A stretch of 32,000 bases of DNA from Candidatus Baldrarchaeota archaeon (GCA_019056805.1 DXJG01000009.1:239473-271472), one strand, 5' to 3'; counted from the stretch's first letter, positions 1-9,370 are shown. Program-made: numbers and translations. The notes: generated by a model from the letters alone, not told the origin.

Positions 1-618
1 ACACCAGAACACCTAGGAGAAGCAGGAATAGTTGAAGAAGTAAAAATCGGAGAAGACAAAATTGTTTATGTAAAAGAATGCAAGCATCCAAAAGCCGTAA
101 GCGTTGTAATTAGAGGTGGTAGCGAACACGTTGTTGACGAAGCGGAAAGAGCATTACACGACGCACTCTGCGTAGTTCGAGACGTTCTAGAAGATGGAAA
201 ATACGTTGCTGGTGGTGGAGCACCAGAAATTGAGGTTGCAAGAAAACTAAGAGAATATGCCCAACAAGTCGGTGGAAGAGAACAACTTGCTATTGAAGCT
301 TTCGCAGATGCCATAGAAGTTATTCCAAAAACATTGGCAGAGAACGCAGGTCATGACCCATTAGACATCATAGTCCAGCTCAGAGAGAAACACGCCAAAC
401 CTGACGGCGTATGGTATGGTATTGATGTATTCGAAGGAAAAGTCAGTAATATGCTTGAACTCGGCATTCTAGAACCACTCAGAGTGAAAAAGCAAGCTAT
501 CAGATCAGCAAGTGAAGCAGCTCAAATGATTCTAAGAATCGACGACATCATAGCAGCAAAACCAACGGAACCAAAGGGCAAAGGTCCGGGAGTCGGCGAA
601 GGTATGCCAGAATACTAA
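1..618 (+). CDS. ths: Thermosome / group II chaperonin subunit, 3' part (5' truncated by window)
   Basis: Frame +1 is open from base 1: ...[27 protein letters not shown]...[10 protein letters not shown]...[12 protein letters not shown]...[28 protein letters not shown], which are hallmark group II chaperonin motifs. The ORF track shows only 334-618. Confidence 0.97.
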   Translation, partial: TPEHLGEAGIVEEVKIGEDKIVYVKECKHPKAVSVVIRGGSEHVVDEAERALHDALCVVRDVLEDGKYVAGGGAPEIEVARKLREYAQQVGGREQLAIEAFADAIEVIPKTLAENAGHDPLDIIVQLREKHAKPDGVWYGIDVFEGKVSNMLELGILEPLRVKKQAIRSASEAAQMILRIDDIIAAKPTEPKGKGPGVGEGMPEY

Positions 619-679
619 GCTACCCCCTCCAACACTTTTTCTCTAAATTCTACATCTTTATGATACTGGAGGTTAATCT

Positions 680-1195
680 ATGCGAAGGGGACTTTTTATT
701 GGGCGATTCCAACCTTTTCATAAAGGACATTTATATGTCATTAAACTTGCCTTAAACGAAGTTGATGAAATAATTGTTGGTGTAGGAAGCACACAACTTA
801 ATTATGAGGTAGATAACCCATTTACGTGCAGCGAACGGCTTCAAATGATTAGAGAAGCATTAAAAGAAGAAAATATTTCCCCGGACAGATACTGGCTTAT
901 CCCTATTCCCGATATATACAATAATTATGTTTGGGTTTCTCATGTAGAATCTTTATGTCCACCATTTCACCTAGTTTACGGTGGAAATCTACATACATTA
1001 AAACTCTTTGAAGACGCTGGTTACCAGGTTAAAAAAGTTGAAATATACGGTTCAGGCGAATTTTCAGGAACAGAAATAAGGAAAAAAATGTTAAATGGAG
1101 AACCTTGGGAAGAATATGTTCCACCCGCGGTGGCAAATTTTATTAAGAAAATTAAAGGAGTAGAACGACTATTAACCATAGCAAAATCAAAATAA
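680..1195 (+). CDS. nadM: Nicotinamide-nucleotide adenylyltransferase (archaeal NMNAT)
   Basis: GLFIGRFQPFHKGH (HxGH), NPFT.SERL, SGTEIR motifs; GGAGG SD upstream of ATG. Confidence 0.93.
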   Translation: MRRGLFIGRFQPFHKGHLYVIKLALNEVDEIIVGVGSTQLNYEVDNPFTCSERLQMIREALKEENISPDRYWLIPIPDIYNNYVWVSHVESLCPPFHLVYGGNLHTLKLFEDAGYQVKKVEIYGSGEFSGTEIRKKMLNGEPWEEYVPPAVANFIKKIKGVERLLTIAKSK

Positions 1196-1738
1196 AGAAT
1201 ATTCCTGAATATCCACATATTTCCTATCAACTCTAGAACGACCTAAATTCGCTTTCAACTTAAAAGACCTAACATGAAGTTTACCAAAATAATAATCTTT
1301 ATACTTTTCAATAATTGTCTTTAATCCTTCAAAGCTAAAAATTCTCCTTATACGTGCAACGGTAATATGAGGTATATTTTCTTCGCAGTGACCTAAAATA
1401 ATTTTATTTATTTCCTCCATTAAACTATAGAGCTTTGAACTTTCAACGTTTACCCAAAGAATTCTGATAGGTAGTTTCTCTGAAGGAAAATACTCAACAC
1501 CTTGGAGGGTAACATAAAAAGACTTCATACGAATTCTTTCTAAATCAGCTTTTATCCTATTTACATCTTTCCATTTCAGTTTACCTAAAAAGCTAAGTGT
1601 GATATGATAATCGTCAATTAACTGGATTTCGGCAACTCTTTCTTTTAACAACTCTTTCTGAAACCCAGTTATTTGATTAATAACCTCCTTATCAGATATA
1701 TCTATTGCAACGAAGAAAGATCGGGCCGACCTAATCAT
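1187..1738 (-). CDS. thpR: RNA 2',3'-cyclic phosphodiesterase / 2'-5' RNA ligase (2H family)
   Basis: RSFFVAIDI N-terminus and two HxT motifs (YHITLSFLG, IPHITVARI). Confidence 0.9.
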   Translation of the reverse strand: MIRSARSFFVAIDISDKEVINQITGFQKELLKERVAEIQLIDDYHITLSFLGKLKWKDVNRIKADLERIRMKSFYVTLQGVEYFPSEKLPIRILWVNVESSKLYSLMEEINKIILGHCEENIPHITVARIRRIFSFEGLKTIIEKYKDYYFGKLHVRSFKLKANLGRSRVDRKYVDIQEYSLF

Positions 1739-1831
1739 TTTAATACCCTTCCATGGATGTTTTACAATTTTACTAATTTAAAAATTAGAGTTGACATATA
1801 TAACTCTAATATAGAGCGACCTAGACATACG

Positions 1832-1844
1832 GGCAATTTTTGCC
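1832..1844. promoter_or_regulatory. Inverted repeat GGCAA-TTT-TTGCC, candidate operator between divergent thpR and tfb
   Basis: Perfect 5-3-5 dyad in the intergenic region; near copy at 19997-20012. Confidence 0.3.
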
Positions 1845-1935
1845 AAGACCATATATTATGAGGGACTAGTCAAAATATATTAAAAAGGTTTATATAGGAT
1901 GAAAAGAGAATTCATACGAAAGATTTAAAAGTGTA

Positions 1936-2038
1936 TCGCGCATGATCACTGCCTCGCACTGTACCTTTGGAGTGAATGGGGGGTGACTAAGTTTTAAAAT
2001 GACCATAAGAGATAGTTAGCGTCACCCCCGATGCGCGA
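1936..2038. ncRNA. Candidate structured RNA / cis-element upstream of tfb
   Basis: TCGCGCAT (1936-43) pairs with ATGCGCGA (2031-38); GGGGGTGAC (1979-87) pairs with GTCACCCCC (2021-29); inner TCACT..CC/GG.AGTGA arm. GC-rich island in AT-rich intergenic DNA. Family not recognised. Confidence 0.45.
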
Positions 2039-2173
2039 AGCCGAAAAATAAAGACAAAACTCTCGATCATTAAAACAGAACTCACGAATAAAAACACCAT
2101 TGGGAAATTCACCTCCTTAGAGAGGTGAACCCAACACAATAATTGAATATAATATATTATGGGGGATAAAACC

Positions 2174-3097
2174 ATGACAGAAAATCTTGCTAATAAGAAA
2201 GAAGGAACCACTGTATGTCCCGAATGTGGTAGCACAACCATATTATTTGATCCTACTAGGGGAGAGCATGTTTGCGCATCTTGTGGATTAGTTCTATCTG
2301 AACATGCTGTAGATACTGGCCCTGAATGGAGAGCCTTTACTCATGAAGAATTAGAGAAAAGGAGCCGAACCGGGGCTCCTACAAGTTATAGATTTGCTGA
2401 TAAAGGTTTAAGTACAACTATTAGTTGGTCTGATCGTGACGCTCACGGTAGAAAACTTTCTCCATCTCGTAGAGCCCAAATATATAGACTTAGAAGATGG
2501 AATATTAGAACAACTGTTAGGAGAAGTCTTGCAGACGGCCTTATTGAACTAAGTCGAATAGCAAGCCAAATGGGAATACCTAACGATGTAAGTGAAACAG
2601 CAGCCCTCCTATATAGGAGAGCAGTAGAAAAACGACTAACCAGAGGACACCCTGTAAGCGCAATGGCAGCTGCTGCAGTTTACCTAGCATGTAGAATACA
2701 TAGAATACCTAGACCATTAGATGAAGTAGTTGCCCAAGCAAAATCAGACAGAAAAGATGTTTCAAAATGTGTTCGTGTTCTAATAAGAAGATTAAGTCAA
2801 GATTTCCCAAGACCGACAGCAATAAACTTCATACCAAGATTCGCAGCTGAACTAGGCTTATCAACAAAAACTCAGCGAAGAGCAATAGAAATCATGAAAA
2901 AAGCTCAAGAAACAGGAATAACCGCTGGAAAAGATCCTTCAGGACTTGCTGCGGCAACGATATACATCGCCAGTATCCTTGAAGGAGAAAGAAGAACACA
3001 AAGACAAATAGCTGAAGTAGCACACGTAACTGAAGTAACAGTTCGAAACCGATACAAAGAACTCTGTAAGAAACTAGGAATAAAAATAAAGGTCTAA
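2174..3097 (+). CDS. tfb: Transcription initiation factor IIB (TFB)
   Basis: Zn ribbon CPECG...CASCG, B-reader DTGPEWRAF, two cyclin repeats, C-terminal TQRQIAEVAHVTEVTVRNRYKEL. Start placed at ATG 2174 (GGGGGA SD); alternative ATG 2159. Confidence 0.97.
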   Translation: MTENLANKKEGTTVCPECGSTTILFDPTRGEHVCASCGLVLSEHAVDTGPEWRAFTHEELEKRSRTGAPTSYRFADKGLSTTISWSDRDAHGRKLSPSRRAQIYRLRRWNIRTTVRRSLADGLIELSRIASQMGIPNDVSETAALLYRRAVEKRLTRGHPVSAMAAAAVYLACRIHRIPRPLDEVVAQAKSDRKDVSKCVRVLIRRLSQDFPRPTAINFIPRFAAELGLSTKTQRRAIEIMKKAQETGITAGKDPSGLAAATIYIASILEGERRTQRQIAEVAHVTEVTVRNRYKELCKKLGIKIKV

Positions 3098-3191
3098 AGC
3101 TCTCCCCTCTATTTTTTACTTAAAACATTAACTAAAATATTTATTTTCTTTTCCGCTAGTTTTAAATGCATCAAACATTGCTAGATTTCTT

Positions 3192-4439
3192 TTATTCTAT
3201 GTTCGCATGTCCAAGTTTCATGTCTTCCTCTTTTATACCGATGTATGAAGCAAGACCCGCAAATACGCCGTCGAGAAAGGCAGCTACTGACACTTCAAAT
3301 TCGGTGCCTTCTGGAGCAAAGGGACTTCTCCATCCTTTCCACTGACGGATATCCCAGTCATATATTTTATCTGTATCTTTTCTTCCAGGAACTATTATTT
3401 TAACGTCAGAAATCTCCCAAAGAGCATTCTCGAAAGAAGTGATACCAACGATCATACTTCCCATGTCCTTGGCTATTTTTGCAATTCCATAAGCGGCACC
3501 ACTACCACTCACAGTAAATGTAATCTGACCTTTCCGCACAGGCCTATTCAAAGGTTCAAAATCTATAATACTTGTAACAAAAGCATGTGGAATTTGGTCT
3601 AATCGCATTTTGAATGGACCTACAGCCATATTAAATGTCTTTCCTCGAGCACAAAAATGAACAGTTTGTTGACTATAATACTTTAAAAGGAAGTTGGCGA
3701 GTAAAGCAACTATCTCCTCTTCCCTACTATAAGCGACACTCAAATTTTTTCTTGCCCTATTTAAAAGCTCATAAGCCGTTTCTTTAGCCTTCCTAAAAGC
3801 GTTATCAATACTTTCATTATTTACAACAACTTCCATTAATCCTCTACTCATAGACTCGGAAAAAATTAACTGCGTATATTCTGAAGTTGTTCCAAGTGGA
3901 GTAAAAGGCATTGCATCCCTATCAAATTTCGACAATAACTTTTCACGATTACAATCATGCTTTAAAAATATTACAGGAAAACTAGCTAACTTAGCTAAAG
4001 GAGAATTCAACGAACCCGTTATAACAATAATTTCGCATCCAATTTCTCTTCCAAATTTAGCTTTCTTTACAACCTTGGTAGTACGTCCCGAAGTGCTAAA
4101 ACAAATTATAATATCTCCTTTTTCCAAAATGGCACTAGGATCGTAAACAACATATTGTTCCAAAGTAGGATAAGCAGTATCAAAATTCAATTGTGTAAGC
4201 CTATCAGCAAAAGTCCTAGCACCTAAAAGAAGACTCCTACCTCTAGCTGCAAAATGAACCCTTTTATCCTTAATATTGGAAAGAAACTCCAAAAACCTAA
4301 CTAAAACATCCTCTTCTTCCGTAAAAAGAAAATTAATATTCTCTTCAGCTTGATCAATAAGATAGAAAGAAGTACTTTTACAAATATGCAAAGATCTCTC
4401 AATATCATTCTCCCTAATTGGAACATGAACCCTTAACAT
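3192..4439 (-). CDS. Tandem double-SIS protein, 6-phospho-3-hexuloisomerase (PHI/HxlB)-like
   Basis: Two SIS repeats: HFAARGRS...FSTSGRT...ITGSLNSPLAKLA...FTPLGTTSE and HFCARGKT...VSGSG...GITSFENALWEISD...FAPEGTEFE, echoing the PHI-family FAPLGTLFE motif. Confidence 0.75.
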   Translation of the reverse strand: MLRVHVPIRENDIERSLHICKSTSFYLIDQAEENINFLFTEEEDVLVRFLEFLSNIKDKRVHFAARGRSLLLGARTFADRLTQLNFDTAYPTLEQYVVYDPSAILEKGDIIICFSTSGRTTKVVKKAKFGREIGCEIIVITGSLNSPLAKLASFPVIFLKHDCNREKLLSKFDRDAMPFTPLGTTSEYTQLIFSESMSRGLMEVVVNNESIDNAFRKAKETAYELLNRARKNLSVAYSREEEIVALLANFLLKYYSQQTVHFCARGKTFNMAVGPFKMRLDQIPHAFVTSIIDFEPLNRPVRKGQITFTVSGSGAAYGIAKIAKDMGSMIVGITSFENALWEISDVKIIVPGRKDTDKIYDWDIRQWKGWRSPFAPEGTEFEVSVAAFLDGVFAGLASYIGIKEEDMKLGHANIE

Positions 4440-4454
4440 ACCGTTCCCTCATGT

Positions 4455-4489
4455 TAGACATTATCCATAGGTACTTATTATAATGTCTA
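4455..4489. promoter_or_regulatory. 10-15-10 inverted repeat (TAGACATTAT...ATAATGTCTA) in the SIS-gene promoter
   Basis: Perfect 10-bp arms at 4455-64 and 4480-89, overlapping a TTATTATAAT TATA-like box 16-50 nt upstream of the start codon. Confidence 0.5.
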
Positions 4490-4775
4490 TTTTAGGCTTC
4501 CCCTTCAATATCCCCTAATCCATAAAACTATAAACAACTTACAAAAACTATCAAAAAAGCAAAAACAACAACCTCCTATAATAATGCTGCACATAAAAAT
4601 TTTAACCATCTTTTAACAAAAATAAAACACATTCCTATCTTCAAATAAGTCATTAAACTTAACACCTATTCCCGCATTGAAAAATATACTAAAATCTCAT
4701 ACCAAACTTTAAAAGATCTACTAACAACTGAACTGAGAGGCTACTCTCCTCTAAGAACTCAATTTACAAATAAAA

Positions 4776-5570
4776 TTAAGGCATCTCTAATTCTTTCTTT
4801 TCTTTAGCCTTAAGTACTCGCTCCGTAACTTGTCTAGGTAAACGAACATCTTCAACCCTGTACTCCGTAGGACTTTTCAAAACCATACCCACACCATCAA
4901 TAATTTCAATCTCCCACATCCTTAAATCATGAGCAGTCAACCTACACTTCTCAACTAACAAAAATCTTCTAAGAACTCCACCTCTAACATATTTTCTAAA
5001 ACGAAAAATAGCATCACCAATATGCTCTAAACCAAACCCAAAAGCTTCCCCAGTAGTAATAGCATACTCACTAACAGCATAAGTAGTAAAATTCCAGGGA
5101 TGCAATACCTTCTTAATAATATAACTTTCCCTACGAGCCATGGCAGGAGCATGAAGCCAAAAAGCACTCAAAGAATCAATAACAAGCCTTCCATGTCCAT
5201 ACCCAAGTTCTTTCTTTGCATCAATTACCTTTTGAAGCAGCTCCTGAGTATCAAGTGACATTAACACCCAAGGATCTTCCTTCCTTTTCAACAAAGCATC
5301 AATAATAATAAGTTGATTTTCATCAATAGCTTTCTCAAAATTAAAACCAAACAAAGAAGCAGCAGCAATAATACTCTCCCTACTCTCCTCAGTAGTACAA
5401 TAAACACACTTATCTCCTTCCTTAATACCCTCAGCAATAAAATGAATCGAAGCAATAGTCTTACCAGTACCAGGCTCACCAACCAAAGCAACAAGAAAAC
5501 CCCGAGGAACACCACCCTGCAAAATATTATCCAACGAAGGAATCCCAGTAGAAATCCTCTCAATCTTCAA
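4776..5570 (-). CDS. KaiC/RecA-superfamily ATPase (single domain)
   Basis: RISTGIPSLDNILQGG, Walker A GEPGTGKT, Walker B LVIDSLS, RRFLLVEKCR.TAHD; TTG start with GGAGGT SD. Confidence 0.9.
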   Translation of the reverse strand: MKIERISTGIPSLDNILQGGVPRGFLVALVGEPGTGKTIASIHFIAEGIKEGDKCVYCTTEESRESIIAAASLFGFNFEKAIDENQLIIIDALLKRKEDPWVLMSLDTQELLQKVIDAKKELGYGHGRLVIDSLSAFWLHAPAMARRESYIIKKVLHPWNFTTYAVSEYAITTGEAFGFGLEHIGDAIFRFRKYVRGGVLRRFLLVEKCRLTAHDLRMWEIEIIDGVGMVLKSPTEYRVEDVRLPRQVTERVLKAKEKKELEMP

Positions 5571-5765
5571 AACCTAAACCTCCATAACATCAGAAATACA
5601 AACACCAAAAACATATTTATAATTGACTTCTTCCTCTTTCAATTTCTCGTAAATATTAGACTGTAAGTCTACCATTGCTTAATTTTTATTTTAACCACGA
5701 AAAGTCCTGAAAAGAAGTAACTGCAATATCTAAAGTTTTATGTTATTAAAAACGAATTGTTTTCG

Positions 5766-6224
5766 TTAATAAATTGCAATGTAATATACTAATGGTATAG
5801 ATAGCAAAGCTACGTTTCTCCCTTTTTTGGTAAGCGTGTAAAATGTTCTGAAAGGAGGTCCTGGATCCACCTCACGTTTTATATAACCCTGTTTTACAAG
5901 TTCTTTCAACTTGAGAGAAAGACTTCGAGAATTCACATCAAGAACTCTCTTAAGTTCGTTAAAACTCATAGATTCCCTGAGTAACAGTGAATACAATGTT
6001 TCCAAAATCCACTTCTGCGAAAGAAGTTTAAAACTTAAATCTAACCCCCTTAATATATCCCTTAGAACATCAAACGTTATTTTCTCTTTTTCAAGAACAT
6101 TTCTAAGCGTCTCTTCTATACCTTGGAGAGTATGTTTAATCTTAATCTCTATAACCGAACTAATCTCCTCACTAAGCTTCACAGATTTCAAACTTTTCAC
6201 CAAGTATAATATTAGATACTTCAT
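5766..6224 (-). CDS. HxlR-family winged-helix transcriptional regulator
   Basis: QKWILETL...SFNELKRVL.VNSRSLSLKLKEL...GYIKREV.PGPP.RTFY.LTKKG pattern. Exact start uncertain. Confidence 0.85.
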   Translation of the reverse strand: MKYLILYLVKSLKSVKLSEEISSVIEIKIKHTLQGIEETLRNVLEKEKITFDVLRDILRGLDLSFKLLSQKWILETLYSLLLRESMSFNELKRVLDVNSRSLSLKLKELVKQGYIKREVDPGPPFRTFYTLTKKGRNVALLSIPLVYYIAIY

Positions 6225-6280
6225 GATTTATAAAGTTTAAAAACTACTCTAAGTAAAAAAAGTAAACTGAGGTAAAACTC

Positions 6281-7636
6281 ATGCCCCAAAACTATGATAT
6301 CATAATTGTTGGAGCTGGCACCTCCGGTTCTTTTGCTGCATATCACCTCTCAAAAATGGGTTTTAGGACAGCTATTATTGAACGTAAACCAGAAGAAGAA
6401 ATTGGTAACAAAGTTTGCGGTGACGGCATAGGTAGCCATCACTTTGATCAAATTAAGTTAGAAAAACCAAAGTTGGGATATGATGCAGAAACCGTTTTCA
6501 AAGGCATTAAAGTGTACGGTCCCAACGAAAAGAGCTACATCATTGCTAGTGGAGAAGGTTACGCCTTAAATAGATATAATTTCGGTCAAAGACTCTTAAA
6601 AATGGCTTTAGACTCTGGAGCTGAATTATACGATATGCATCAAGTTTTACAACCCATAATAGAAGGATCTTGGGTTAAAGGCGTAATAGCAACAAATCTA
6701 AAGACTAGAGAGAAAACAGAGTTTCAAGCAAAAGTCGTGGTTGACGCTTCAGGAGCCATACCTGCAGTAAGATCAAAACTTCCAGAAGAGTGGTGGGTAT
6801 CTGAGAAGATTTCGCGAGAAGACTACGATATATGTTACCGAGAAATTATAGAACTCGACAAGGAAGTAGAAACAGAATATGCAGCAGTATACCTTAATAC
6901 AGAGATAGCTCCTGGTGGATACTGGTGGTGGTTTCCCAAAAACAAAAACATTGTGAATGTAGGGCTTGGAGTACAGTGGACTAAGGAAGCACCAAATCCT
7001 AAAGACCAATTTGAAAAATACATCCGGCCTAGAATCAAAAATCACATTGTTAAAATTATAAATCGTGGTGGGGGCATAGTACCAGCCCGTAGGACGATAT
7101 CCTGCATGGTATGGAACGGCTTTATCACAGTAGGAGATGCTGCATGTACAGCAAATCCTATTCACGGAGGCGGTATAGGGCCTTCACTATTAAGCGCACT
7201 TAAAGCAGCAGAAACCATAGAAGAAGCTTTAGAAACAAATAAACCTTCAATAGAAAACTTATGGAGCTATCATCACAAATATCTAGAAATATACGGTGCT
7301 AAACAAGCATCACTAAACATTTTAAGAATCTACCTACAAAATCTCTCAAACAATGACTTCAACCTCATATTGGAAAGAAACATAGTAAGCAATCAAGATT
7401 TTCTCAACGTAGTTTACAATGGAGAAATAAGAATGAACATACTTACAAAATTCGGAATAGCAATAAAACTTCTTACGAACCCTTCACTTCTCCTAAAAAT
7501 AAAAACCGTAAAAAACTACATGGAAGAAGCACGAAAACTCTACTTAAACTATCCTAAAAAAGTAACAGAATTTGAATCTTGGCAAAAAAGAGCTAAAAAC
7601 CTATTCAACGAGTTTACAGAAAAACTGAGACACTAA
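6281..7636 (+). CDS. Geranylgeranyl reductase family (digeranylgeranylglycerophospholipid reductase-like) flavoprotein
   Basis: GAGTSG FAD loop, VCGDG, VVDASG, PGGYWWWFPK, VGDAA..ANPIHGGGIGP. Confidence 0.9.
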   Translation: MPQNYDIIIVGAGTSGSFAAYHLSKMGFRTAIIERKPEEEIGNKVCGDGIGSHHFDQIKLEKPKLGYDAETVFKGIKVYGPNEKSYIIASGEGYALNRYNFGQRLLKMALDSGAELYDMHQVLQPIIEGSWVKGVIATNLKTREKTEFQAKVVVDASGAIPAVRSKLPEEWWVSEKISREDYDICYREIIELDKEVETEYAAVYLNTEIAPGGYWWWFPKNKNIVNVGLGVQWTKEAPNPKDQFEKYIRPRIKNHIVKIINRGGGIVPARRTISCMVWNGFITVGDAACTANPIHGGGIGPSLLSALKAAETIEEALETNKPSIENLWSYHHKYLEIYGAKQASLNILRIYLQNLSNNDFNLILERNIVSNQDFLNVVYNGEIRMNILTKFGIAIKLLTNPSLLLKIKTVKNYMEEARKLYLNYPKKVTEFESWQKRAKNLFNEFTEKLRH

Positions 7637-7708
7637 CCTTTCAACATTGAAACCAATATACAGATAACTATAAACATTTTTCAAGAAATCAGAAAAATAG
7701 CATAAAAG

Positions 7709-7797
7709 TGGAGCCGGGGCGGGGATTTGAACCCCGGTAAAGTGGCTCTGCAGGCCACCGCCTAGCCATTGCCGCAATTTGTCTCGGCCACCCCGGC
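7709..7797 (-). tRNA. tRNA-Cys(GCA), encoded CCA, 14-nt non-canonical intron at position 15/16 (7769-7782)
   Basis: Minus strand: GCCGGGG acceptor stem; anticodon arm GTGGC-CTGCAGA-GCCAC; T-arm CGGGG-TTCAAAT-CCCCG; U73 then CCA. Removing ACAAATTGCGGCAA restores a normal D-arm (75 nt). Confidence 0.95.
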
Positions 7798-7828
7798 TTA
7801 TACATTTTATTTTATTACATGTCCTTAT

Positions 7829-7866
7829 TTGACACTCTCCCCGCTAAAGCAGGGAGATTCTCGCTT
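7829..7866 (-). mobile_element. Orphan IS200/IS605-type right-end hairpin (MITE/PATE remnant)
   Basis: Minus strand GAATCTCCCTGCTTTAGCGGGGAGAGTGTCAA matches the typical IS605-group end (hairpin followed by terminal TCAA). No transposase nearby. Confidence 0.7.
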
Positions 7867-8064
7867 GTAGCTTATCAAAATTAAATAAGAAATTCAAAAT
7901 ATTTAAGTTTAGCGGCAATCTTCGCCGCAATTATGTAATTTAATGATTAGTTTTTATATGATTTATTATGGTGATTAAATGAATCCATGCTTGTATAAAA
8001 GTTATAAAATTGTAGCTTTTATTTTTCGTTTTTCAAGGTGGAGTACAGAAAAGTGTAAGAATGT

Positions 8065-9282
8065 TTAAGGCCCTATATGACCCATTGTTGTTTGTACGAT
8101 GACTGTTTTTAGTCCTGCAATTTCAAGGGTCTTTTTCACCTGTAACATTTCTTGTGTGGTGGGTTGTTTAATGTCTCTTCGTCTAAATTCAGGTCTATAG
8201 TCTAATACACAAACTTGGATCTCTGGATCTATTTCAGCTATTTTCAAACCCATTTTATATATTTCATCCATCGTAGGGTGGAAAAACTTGTTATATGGGA
8301 TACCGATCCCCATGAAAATCTTCTCTGGATAATAGTTGTCCGCTATATATTTTACAGCTTCCCAAGACGTTTTCAAATATTTCATTGCAAGTTCTTTATC
8401 ATCAATGCCAGTAATTAGCTGAAAAGTTTCTAGGTTAAGCGCCTTAAGATCCGGGCCGATATCTGTAATTCCTATTTCAATAAGCTCATCAATATAGTCT
8501 TTTGTTAAGATAGTAGTGTTCGTGTCAAGGTGAAATCTGGCTTTTTCATCTTTATTCATTTTTCTAAGTTCTTTAAAAAACTCCAGCAGCCATCTACGGT
8601 TGATTGTAGGTTCACCGCCACTAATAGCCATCCTGTTAACTCTATATTTTCTTCTTAAAGAAGTGAGTTTTAAAGCAGCCTCTCGCGGTGTAAGAGGAAC
8701 ACTAACACTATCATAAGTTACAAAATAGTTTTGACAAGTTTTACAACGCAAGTTACAACCTGCAGCAAAACAAGCAACCTCAATATAATGTCCAATACCT
8801 TTCAGATAATATGGAGTTCCAACACCTCCAACAGTATGAGGAGTAAATCCCTCTATAATTCTACGCGGAGTTACATTCGTTACATCAGTCTTTATGATCA
8901 TTCCATCTTCAATTCTTGTATGACAAGAAGGTCTAAGTTCACCATTAATTAAAACAGCACAACTATAACATCCGCCAGTTCCACAAGGAACAAACAGAGC
9001 ATCTTTTTCTGGAAAACGAGTAAATCTATAACCTACAATTTCTAAAACTGTTTTAACAGTTAAATATTCCGGAACTTCATACTGTTCACCGTCAATCGTA
9101 ACTTTGATGGTTTTCCGAGCCTCAAAATCCTCCGTAGGAACAACCGCTTCATATGGACAACCCAAATAACATGCTTCACAACCAATACAACGTTCCGGGC
9201 TAGGGCATCTTATAACATTCGAACAAAAACCACAGTCTACACACTTCGATTTATCTTTCATGTACCTCTGATACATCACCAT
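8065..9282 (-). CDS. Radical SAM protein (PFL-activase-like) with N-terminal 4Fe-4S dicluster and 2Fe-2S domains
   Basis: CVDCGFC...CIGCEACYLGCP; CGTGGCYSC...C; CNLRCKTC (CxxxCxxC); ISGGEP; LDTN. Confidence 0.88.
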   Translation of the reverse strand: MVMYQRYMKDKSKCVDCGFCSNVIRCPSPERCIGCEACYLGCPYEAVVPTEDFEARKTIKVTIDGEQYEVPEYLTVKTVLEIVGYRFTRFPEKDALFVPCGTGGCYSCAVLINGELRPSCHTRIEDGMIIKTDVTNVTPRRIIEGFTPHTVGGVGTPYYLKGIGHYIEVACFAAGCNLRCKTCQNYFVTYDSVSVPLTPREAALKLTSLRRKYRVNRMAISGGEPTINRRWLLEFFKELRKMNKDEKARFHLDTNTTILTKDYIDELIEIGITDIGPDLKALNLETFQLITGIDDKELAMKYLKTSWEAVKYIADNYYPEKIFMGIGIPYNKFFHPTMDEIYKMGLKIAEIDPEIQVCVLDYRPEFRRRDIKQPTTQEMLQVKKTLEIAGLKTVIVQTTMGHIGP

Positions 9283-9370
9283 TCACAACGCAAATTATGA
9301 TCTCTACCTATTAATGATGAAACAACTAGGTAGATTTATTTGTGTTGTTTTTGAGTATATTTCTATTTAA

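Noticed and set aside
66-314. 82-aa minus-strand ORF
   Set aside because: Antisense shadow of the thermosome gene.
5288-5666. ORFs 5288-5563 (-) and 5313-5666 (+)
   Set aside because: Alternative frames over the KaiC-like gene with biased low-complexity composition.
7768-7932. GCCGCAATT shared between the tRNA intron and the 7911-7932 hairpin
   Set aside because: Only 9 nt; could be chance, and no mechanism is supported.
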